From NCBI GenBank assembly GCA_030141605.1, contig JAQGDQ010000531.1, positions 62,001 through 126,000 on the forward strand: DNA of 64,000 nucleotides, in the 5' to 3' direction. A program made the translations under genes and the position numbers. Below the pieces are notes generated by a model that was given only the letters and a program-made list of their open reading frames with translations, was not told the DNA's origin and searched no databases. Source of the DNA: Tubiluchus corallicola. Its lineage: Eukaryota; Animalia; Priapulida. Shown here one piece after another: positions 55,002 to 64,000 of the stretch; within the stretch, counting starts at the first letter, position 1, and each line of letters begins with the position of its first letter.

Positions 55002-56069
55002 ATGCGTATTTCACTTACTGTTATGAAGTCCCATTTTTGTCTCTTTTATCTCTGTTGCGCTGTAATACTTCTACAGATATTGAAATCATCTTACTTTTTT
55101 GTTCATTTTGCGAATTTATTTTATGACAACGAAGGAGTTACTAATTTACCAACAAAGGTAGAAGTGAATCCCTTTTCATTAAAAAATTTTGACTTTCGTT
55201 TAACAATCACAGTTATAGCTTTTAATCGAAACTATTCGCTCAAAAGATTGCTTTTGTCCCTTGAATCTGCTCATTACATGAATGATACAGTTTTTCTTGA
55301 AGTCTGGATTGACTGTCCTGTTGATGGTTTTGCTGATGAAAAAACTGTGCAGGTGGCACAGCAAGCAAAATGGACACATGGAAGAAAGACAGTCCATGTA
55401 AGAAGTGAGCATGCTGGTGCTTATAAACAATGGTATGACACATGGATGCCAGATTTAGACAGAAGGGGCAACGAATTTGGTCTTATCTTAGAAGATGATT
55501 GTGAAGTCTCTATACACTATTATAAATGGTTGAAGGCTGCAATTTACATGTACAAGGATCTGGTGGATTTGGCCAGCATAAGTTTACATCGAGGTCGGCT
55601 TGTTGTCAAGCCTGGAGTGGACAGGGATATTGTTTGCCCTACTTGTACAGACAGTGTTTTTCTCTATCGGCTTTTCAGCACGTGGGGTTGTGCACCAATG
55701 CCTTGGATTTGGGCAAAGTTTAGACAATGGTATCATACAGTCAAACAAAATAAAACATTTCTACCTTTAGTGCCTGGTGACAAAGATTTGGTTATAAATG
55801 GCTGGATGAAGCATTTTCATCCTAAAGGCAAAATGAACGAAGCTTATTTTCTTCACTATACAGGAAAACATGAACTGCACACGCTTTACCCAAATTTACC
55901 AAATAATTTAACATTCGTGTGCAATCACAGAGATATCGGAATTCATTTTATCAAAAGTTTTAAGGGTTTAGGAATGTGCACATACCCCTTAGTAAAAAAG
56001 TGGTCAAGCTCATTTACTATGTTTCCCACTAATCCAGTCAAAGTCTACTGGGACGGTTATCCCAGTTAA
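55002..56069 (+). CDS. GT-A fold glycosyltransferase resembling the plant/fungal/algal GT2-like family, single coding exon, 355 aa
   Basis: TM anchor; VIAFNRNYSLKRLLLSL..A.Y, VWID, WTHGRK, LILEDDCEVS..YY.WL, FLY.L.STWG. Confidence 0.75.
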   Translation: MRISLTVMKSHFCLFYLCCAVILLQILKSSYFFVHFANLFYDNEGVTNLPTKVEVNPFSLKNFDFRLTITVIAFNRNYSLKRLLLSLESAHYMNDTVFLEVWIDCPVDGFADEKTVQVAQQAKWTHGRKTVHVRSEHAGAYKQWYDTWMPDLDRRGNEFGLILEDDCEVSIHYYKWLKAAIYMYKDLVDLASISLHRGRLVVKPGVDRDIVCPTCTDSVFLYRLFSTWGCAPMPWIWAKFRQWYHTVKQNKTFLPLVPGDKDLVINGWMKHFHPKGKMNEAYFLHYTGKHELHTLYPNLPNNLTFVCNHRDIGIHFIKSFKGLGMCTYPLVKKWSSSFTMFPTNPVKVYWDGYPS

Positions 56070-57944
56070 ATTGTGCTAACTTCATCATAGTCCAGCTATT
56101 AAGAGATAAATTGTACAAAAATGAAAGAGGCTTGAAACTTTAATGAAGCACAATAGTTCCCCAGACTATGGTCATTAAGGGCACCCTATTTTCGCCAAAA
56201 TCTAAGATGGCCACCAAAATAAGAATGTCAATTTCAGTTGGCAAAAGTGCTCTATACGGGTTAGCGATAAATTTCAGGTTGGTACCAAACTTGAAAAATT
56301 ATCTGAACTAAAATCCAAGATAGCAGCCAAGACGGTTCCCAGACTGAAAACATCAATAGCTCCAGACGTAATATCCCTAGAAAGCATTGCAAGTGTACTG
56401 TTAGTGGTTTTGGTGGATTGTTAGAAATTCAAAGTGGCAAAGGTCATTATTATAGCTATGCATTATTTCATGTTCTTGTAATTCTTGGAATATGGTTTCA
56501 CTGACCACGGTTTTAATTTATGCATTGCTTCATCTCTTAATGCTCCCCATTGTTACACCTCCCTAAAACATTACGCAACACCTATCTCTTTAACGTTTAA
56601 ATAACTATAAGTTTATTAGTTTTAGCAAAGACATTTTAATTTGTTTTTTCTAATTTTGGTTTGTCGTTGTCGTCCTCTTAATGGATCCATTTAATTTTGA
56701 TAATTTCCTGCTATTTTATTATTCTAACTACGTGCAAAGTTGATGATTTGTTGAAGTTTGTGAAAGTATATTTTAACTTTGTTGTTGTAACATTTTCTCG
56801 GTTACTGTAAAGCTCTTTCAGACATACTGTGTAAGGTGCTTAATAAAAATATTATTATTATTATTATTGGACAAAAGAAAATCATTTTTAATTATTCTAA
56901 ATTTAAATTTATGTTGTATATTTATCCTAATGTCATCATACTTTTTTAGTTTTGGATAGTGCTGCCACCTTCAGGTGCTCTTGTTAAAATTGTTGAACTT
57001 TCTCTTTCCTGTTTAAATTTTCATTGGCTTCTACAGTCTTTATGAATGCATAATCTCTAAACCTGTTTTCACACCTAAATGATTTCACTTGTAGTTCTGG
57101 TCACTTGGTTTTCTGCTTTTCAATATGACACTACTTCACTGTTTATGTAGGCATTTCAGAATAAAATCTGAAAAATAAATCTCAAGTTTTTTGGTTTCTT
57201 CAAACCAATTATTTTTATTATTATTATTATTATTATCGTTCTCATTTAACTGCAATGCATGCAAACAACAATGTCTTTGTTTTCTTCATAAATTTCTTTA
57301 TTCTCTACTAATGTAATGAACTTTACAGAAGTTTGCAAATTTTACAAGGCTAAAGTTCAAAGTGTTATGGAAATTCAGTTTCATTATCAGGAACTTGTAA
57401 ACAGTCGAGAAGAATTTATTGCAAAATTACAGAAGTGAATCCAACTGAATAACTGACGTAAATATTATATAGACTACACACGCCCACGCACGTGATCAAT
57501 TTGTTGAAATTAATTAACGATCTAAATATACTAAATCGCCTGTGCCTTTAACAGATAACATTGACAGGAATGAAATCTCCATGTGCATCATTACAAACAC
57601 AAACGATGTAAAGTCACAATGTCAAAATTTTACAAGAGGTCAAGCTATTTACATAAAATGAAAGCTATAAATGAGACAAACTGACTGTTGACCTTTGACC
57701 TGTGGGTGATGGGCTGAATAGTTAAGTGCTGAGGTTTCGTTGTGAAATTCACTTGCCTTGTTTTCAAGCAAAGAATAAAAGAAAATAAGCACTTTTAAAA
57801 AAGGCTGTCATCTCTTCATTTTTATGGCTGAATTTTACAACTATTGTTTGCAAAATCTTCAATTTCTGACCAGGTCAGAATCATTGTCAACTAGTGTTAT
57901 CTTTATTCGCTTTTACTGTTATTCTCGCCAACACATGCCTCCTA

Positions 57945-58267
57945 GCAGAGACAGATTCCAGGACCTTCCCAAGAGAAGCTAACTTCAGCAGCAGGCATAG
58001 TTTTCAATACGGTTTTCAACCGACTATGATCAACCTCAAAAGCTAAGCAATCAGGCTAGCAATATGCATAACTTGCATTGGTTTACATTTGTGACATTTT
58101 TTAAATATATTTACTACCCGTTTCGTGACCTTGCAGTTTTCTTCTTCTTCTTTTGAACACATGCCTTCGGAAATTTTGTGAGGCTGTAAAGCTTCTCAAT
58201 GCGAAGTGGTGCAGGATTAGAGCATACCTCTGACAGAGATCAGTGGCAGAGAAAATGCTATTCTTCT
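57945..58267 (+). repeat. Direct repeat A, copy 2
   Basis: Matches 50700..51024; ORFs 50864 and 58101 share almost the same peptide. Confidence 0.9.
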
Positions 58268-59157
58268 GCTCTCCAATCAACACACCCTATCAGAACGAGA
58301 TCCAGTTCTTAAAATATTTCTTTCTTTAATAAAACACAAGTCAACCACAGGCACATTTTTAGACATGCTTATGACATGAATATGGTCAACACCAAAAGCT
58401 CAGTTGTCAAACTGACAAAATGCTTTGTTTGCATTAGTTTACTTTTGCCCAAGATTTCAAAATTAGGGCTCCATTTTTCATTTCAGATCTTTTGTCCTAT
58501 TGTCACACGTTTTGTGACCTTGGAAAGCTTTTAAACTGTTTTTTTAAACAGGCATATAAGTGAAGGAAAAACCATTTTTGTACGACTGTTTACGCTAAGA
58601 ACAATTAAAAAAGAAAAAAACAAAAAAGCAATAGAAAGTGAACATATATAGTTGCAGGAGTCACAATTTCAACACTGTACAGTAGGTAAGTAAGCCCTTA
58701 TTGTACAGTACTGCGCCACAGGCGGAATTAAAAGTAACTGATATTTTATTTGCTTCTCGCATGAAAACTATATAATTACACGTTGGCACGCACGAAAATT
58801 GTAGTTTTTCTATCGCCGTGCATGGTGCGCAATTACATTTTCAATTTTAAGAAATAGAAGAAATAGAAAAAATAATTCTGATAAAACCCGAAGATTCAAG
58901 ACAAATAATTGTGGGGTTTTTTACTACATAAATTGCAAAAACATGCAAAATGCCTATGATCCCGCCGTTAGCCTTTTAATACCCTGCACAATGCCAAGTC
59001 ACAAAAACGCTCATTTAATATGCTAGTATATGTGAGGAAAAGTTACAGGAGAGTACAAGTCGGTAGTCCACAGATCGGTAGTGATACAAAGTTTGAATGT
59101 GCGCGTATAATAAGCAATCGTGATCCACTGTAAAGAATTATACCTGCAAATTAAAGG

Positions 59158-60240
59158 ATGTGGACAAACATCATATCTGTTATTTTCTCTTTCAGATATT
59201 ATAAAAGTAGAGCATACTTTTATACTGGATTAGTTCTTGCTGTTTTATTGCTTAATGCACGACGAAATATTTTGCAATTTAGCATTGATAACTGCTATTC
59301 TAATAAAATAAATTCTGTTAATTACGGTGAAGATGTGAAGAACTTTTTGTTTTCGTCCTCTATACAATTAAACAAGAGTGATATTTACTGTGGACAAGCC
59401 TGTGATATCAACAGTCAACATTTTCAACAGTCGCCTGGCTTGGACTATCCAATGTTACATAAACAGTTTGACTGCCTTTCTCTTATGCAGCGTTTGTATT
59501 TAGAGAAACCAGCTGAGCAATGGCCTCCTCCACGTGCGCCACCAAGTGAACTACTCGATGAATTTACAATGTATGGAAAAATGCCATTACTTTTACAGCA
59601 ACGATGGTACTTTGCTTCCAACTATGCAAAAACTAGAAAAGAATTGTTTACACCGGAGTTAATGTCACAGTTGCAAAAAACTGCATCAGAAGGAAAGAAC
59701 ATTTCAGTTTATGGCATTCATGCAATGCAAGTCGTAGAGGAAGCTTTAGATATGTACAGAGAAATGATAGAAGGTAAACATGGTTTTGTTATTGGCACAG
59801 AATATCCATGGATCGAAGCTCTACTGCTTAATAGAAACGTTGGTCACATCACAACTATGGATTACAGTGATCTTGTGTCATATCACAGTAAAATATCAAC
59901 AATTTTGCCTAAAATCCTATCAAAGCAATATCTTCGTCATCCAAGGCCATTATATGATTTTGGTATCAGCTATTCTTCAATAGAACACAGTGGACTTGGA
60001 CGCTATGGTGACGCATTGAATCCAAGTGGTGATCTTGAAACAATGGCTCAGGCCTGGTGCTTAATTAAACCAGGAGGTTATTTCTTTCTAAATGTAGAAA
60101 CTGATCATGGTAGAAGCTACTTAGCATGGAATGCACATAGAGTTTATGGAAATGAAAGGCTAAAGCACCTCACTGCAAACTGGAATGTTTCAACAGTTTT
60201 ATACAAAAATAGGCAAATTCTGAGAATAATGAAAAAGTAG
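59158..60240 (+). CDS. DUF268-family methyltransferase-like type II membrane protein, 360 aa
   Basis: VIGTEYPWIEALLL, TMDY, YDFGISYSSIEHSGLGRYGDALNPSGDL..M...LIKPGG, NAHRVYG are the DUF268 signature. The 5' end is uncertain because a possible acceptor ttttctctttcag ends at 59195. Confidence 0.85.
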   Translation: MWTNIISVIFSFRYYKSRAYFYTGLVLAVLLLNARRNILQFSIDNCYSNKINSVNYGEDVKNFLFSSSIQLNKSDIYCGQACDINSQHFQQSPGLDYPMLHKQFDCLSLMQRLYLEKPAEQWPPPRAPPSELLDEFTMYGKMPLLLQQRWYFASNYAKTRKELFTPELMSQLQKTASEGKNISVYGIHAMQVVEEALDMYREMIEGKHGFVIGTEYPWIEALLLNRNVGHITTMDYSDLVSYHSKISTILPKILSKQYLRHPRPLYDFGISYSSIEHSGLGRYGDALNPSGDLETMAQAWCLIKPGGYFFLNVETDHGRSYLAWNAHRVYGNERLKHLTANWNVSTVLYKNRQILRIMKK

Positions 60241-62344
60241 CCCAGTTTAAAACAGTTGTACCAGTGCTAAAAGAATAGTTACAGCTTAATGCTACAGTTC
60301 ATCTAATGTAACCTAATGTATAATTTATGTTGTTTTTCTTAAAGGTACATGTAAGTAATTTATATTATTCTATATTATATGTTCTGCAGACAGAGATGAT
60401 AGCTACATACCAGCGATGATACTTACCTACTGCTGAAAACGGTTTCCTAACGCTGATGATACATAACTTCTTAAAGATTATATTTACCAGTTGTTGGTGA
60501 TGTCTGCTGCTGATGGTACTTACCCGTGTTTACCTGATGTTGATGATACTGCCATTGGTGCTTCCATGCTGTGATTACGAAATTGGTGATCCTTACCTTG
60601 TGACGAATGTCGTCATCAGGAGTCGTGAAAGTTTGGATAGTGGAAGTCGTTTGGAGAGTTTGGAGTCGTCGTTCACGTAATCAGATTCATGAAGAGATAG
60701 TGTGTTCAACCGTACTATGGTGCACCATTTCTCGCCGAAACCCACTGGTGAGGAGTCAGAGAGATGACGTCAGACGGAGGCTGGAGAAAAGTTGCCTGGT
60801 CATGCCGAGACAGTACTGATGAAAAACAAATCCCTAGCCATCAAACCTACTAATGCACACCCAACGGCTGTTCCCATTCAGACTGAAAGTTCATTTTTAG
60901 TGGCAAAGTATGTGAGGATGTGATACATTTAAGGATACCTTGACAGAAATTGGAACGAATTTAGATCTTGCAGAGAGCATTACGTGTGCCACGAAACTGT
61001 ACACAAATATGTACTCAGTAAAGGAAAAAAATTGTTTTGTCTTGGGAACTAATTCCAATGCTTTCTCGTACAGTAAAAATGGTAATGTGCGAAAAAAGGA
61101 AAATACAAGGTTAATAATGCTGTTTGTATCCCCCACCCCCAAATAAGTTTGCCAGCGTATCAAGAATACAAATTTACTTAAGTGCCACGTTTTGTTGGCA
61201 TTCATTTTCATCCCAGGAATCTACTAAAATAGTTGCTAGAACTTTTCATTATGCAGCCTTTACTAGGATTTCTTAAAATTCAGTCATAGCTAGTGTACAA
61301 ACACTGGATGGTGAAAATATTTTACCCAAGCTTGCGGGTTTGTATAGAGCGGGGCAGAAACGATATGCGCTTGTACGCATGCCGGAGGAGTGAGTGTAGC
61401 GAAGCATGTATGGAAGTAACGATGCACGTGAGATCTCATGGGTAAGAGTGATTGACAGCACTGGAGTGCTGTATAGCTCCAAGTAGCTGAATAGCATCAT
61501 GTAACAGCCGTCTGGTGTACAAAAATCACAACTAATGCAACAGCTACATTAATAGCTACAACTACAACTGCTACGCTAACATATTAAATTATTAGCAAGG
61601 GAATCAGAACTGGCACAGAAATGATGACTCAACAATTTCTTGCTTTCAAGACCTTTACTACCTTTCTGCAGAACGCAAAATCGGGCAAAAAATTTAACAC
61701 CACATTAGGAAAATAGTAGATTGCAAACTGGTGCACAGCACGACTCTACGTCAGATAGAGTTAAGAGTAAAAGATACAAAACCTTATAGAAAGTACTGGT
61801 ACTTAGCAGGGTTTCAGTACCATTGCAGGTATTGCTCAGAAAGAATAGGAGAGTAGCAGATCGAAAATACAGATTTAGTAATTCAATGAATTTAACATGT
61901 CGAAACTGGCTCAGTTTTGAATCTGTAAACTTGTCGGTCACTTTCCATCACAAAAGCTGTAAACTGTCAAAAAGAAACAAGATTAAATTAATGACTAGTG
62001 GACGTTTTTGACCATGTCAAAAACTGTGCTAAGATTCTGCTTCTGTAACATGAGATGCTTTAAATGACGGCTTTTGTTTCGTATTTACAAATAAAAATTA
62101 TTTTCAAAATAATAAACATCAGTGTATGTTGTTAAATGTACGTAAGAACAGTTGTGTCTGATTCGAATAACACTTCAACGAAATCAGAGCTGGTCACTTT
62201 TTGACCGGTGACCAGTGACTCAAGGCTCAACCAAATACGGGTCAAGATACACCATTCAATTTGTCTCACTGAGACCTTTCGTTTGATGTATTATAACATT
62301 AAACTGGAATTTCCAATTTAAATATGACCTCGTGGTCAAAGGTC

Positions 62345-62725
62345 AACACCTTACGCACACCCGCCACACAACATCCACCACACTGGACACACTACATCAA
62401 CCACACCCTGCCACCCCCACCACCAACATCTCCCACACCACACCAATCACACCATACCATACCCACCACCACAGCACCCATTATGATACTATACCACACA
62501 CCCACACAATATCTCACTCACAACACAACCCGCAAAACACCATCAACACCATGCCACACCCTCTATGCTACACCAGTTACACCATACCATACCCACCACT
62601 ACAACGCCTATACAATGCCACACCTGCCATACAACATCCATCACACTAGTCACACCACATCACCCACACGATGCCACCCACATCACACAACCCTCACCAC
62701 AACATCCATACCAAATGCATTTTGA
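62345..62725. repeat. C/A-rich low-complexity tract (related tracts at about 16190-16295 and 22960-23100)
   Basis: caccac/acacc-rich sequence that gives the His/Thr/Pro-rich ORFs. Confidence 0.75.
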
Positions 62726-63117
62726 CCCATCAACTGATGATTATTACTACGCAAACATTCTACATAGTGTTTGTAAACTACATTTTTGACTTACATTATA
62801 ACAGCCAGCAGTAGCTTAATAAAATAGCAAAGGTGCAGACATAATACAATGGACTTTGCGCACCAGTTTTCTAAGCGAGAATCACCCAAAATGGACGCCC
62901 AATCAACTCGTAGCTGGTCCTCTTGATAGACATCTTCTTTCTACAGAACAACAAATCGCCTTTCAAGAGTCCCACCAGAGACGTTTTTCTGGACCCTGTT
63001 TGGTCAAAATTTCCAAAAAAACTGGGTAGCTTTGTTTGGGAAAACGCCGGTTGTGAGAAGAGCAACCGAGAAATCTAGAAGAGGATAAAATAACACAGGA
63101 AAAATGGCGCAGGAAAA

Positions 63118-63435
63118 ATGGCACACTTGGTACAATATGTGTTTAGGATTAGAGTTAGAGCTGAGATACTTATTTTAGTTATTTTTACCTCTGAAAGGAA
63201 AATTATACTTCAACGCAGTTTGTTTGTTTGTCTGATTATTTGGCTGGTTTTGTCTGTTACAGCAATAAGCCTATTACATAATTACTATCCAACATATTTG
63301 CATAGAAATAAAACATTCAGAAACACTTCGTTGATGTCTCAGAGGACGTGTTTAGTACTTCCTTTTTATTATATCAAACTGGGCAAACAACAGAGAGTTA
63401 GTTATACTTCCATTTCGAGAATTTCTCGCTTGTAA
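63118..63435 (+). other. Possible N-terminal fragment of another type II membrane protein
   Basis: Basic residues followed by hydrophobic LFVCLIIWLVLSVTAISLL and N-glycosylation sequons NKT and NTS; no catalytic domain or clear donor seen in the window. Confidence 0.2.
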
Positions 63436-64000
63436 AACTGTGATAATAACCTTTGCTCCATGTGCATAGATTTATTAAGATGACTTGGTGGCTTGCAAAT
63501 CAAAAACCCTCCTTAAGTCGGCGTAGTTAAAACTACATTATGGTGCTGCAAAGTAGAATGCACCAAAAATTTGTTCAAATATCAATTTTTTGTTTTTTTT
63601 TATAAAAAAAACGCTAAATATATTCGAGTTTTATATTCTTATTATCAAGTTATCAAGAAATTATCAAGAAAATTTTCAAAAAAAATACTAAAAATTCAAT
63701 TTTATAATCCCATACCCTCTTCTCTGGCTATAAACTAGTACTGCAATTGTAAAAAACTTGTATTTTAAAACTCAGATTGTAGCTCGTAGAAGCAGTCATT
63801 TTGCTTCGTATTTTTTCTGTTGAAAAGCTTAGATCTTCTAAAACTTCGCCAGGAGAACCGTCTACTTTACTTAAACATAACTTCAATTTGTTTTCACAAA
63901 GTCCATAGCAACCAACATTTGTGCGTTTGCTAATGTTTAGAAACGCTTAGAAACGCGACAAAAACAATGGCTAACGTTATCAGTGATTTTCGCAAGGTTA

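Noticed and set aside
29590-60240. Bacterial polysaccharide locus or contamination
   Set aside because: Spliceosomal introns in the CHST and GT31 genes, type II Golgi anchors, long repeat-filled spacers and eukaryotic transposon remnants argue for a eukaryotic chromosome.
62324-62789. His/Thr/Pro-rich mucin-like ORFs
   Set aside because: C/A-rich low-complexity repeat with related tracts at 16.2 and 23.0 kb; no signal peptide or splice support.

Overview
AT-rich eukaryotic genomic DNA, very likely an invertebrate animal, with GT-AG introns, microsatellites and decayed transposons. The first 25 kb hold a complete 14-coding-exon heparan sulfate N-deacetylase/N-sulfotransferase (NDST) gene (1251..25281, about 844 aa, reconstructed exon by exon with consistent phases). 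The next 31 kb contain only predicted Golgi type II membrane glycan-modifying enzymes from unrelated families: an EGF-like plus SAM methyltransferase, a CHST-type O-sulfotransferase (2 exons), a GT31 glycosyltransferase (2 exons) plus a pseudogenised paralog exon, two GT77-like nucleotide-diphospho-sugar transferases, a plant/fungal-type GT2-like glycosyltransferase and a DUF268 methyltransferase-like gene. Six of these sit in three head-to-head pairs. The best candidate for an undescribed system is a biosynthetic-gene-cluster-like locus for a sulfated and methylated glycan in an animal genome. Family calls come from recognised motifs, not from database searches.
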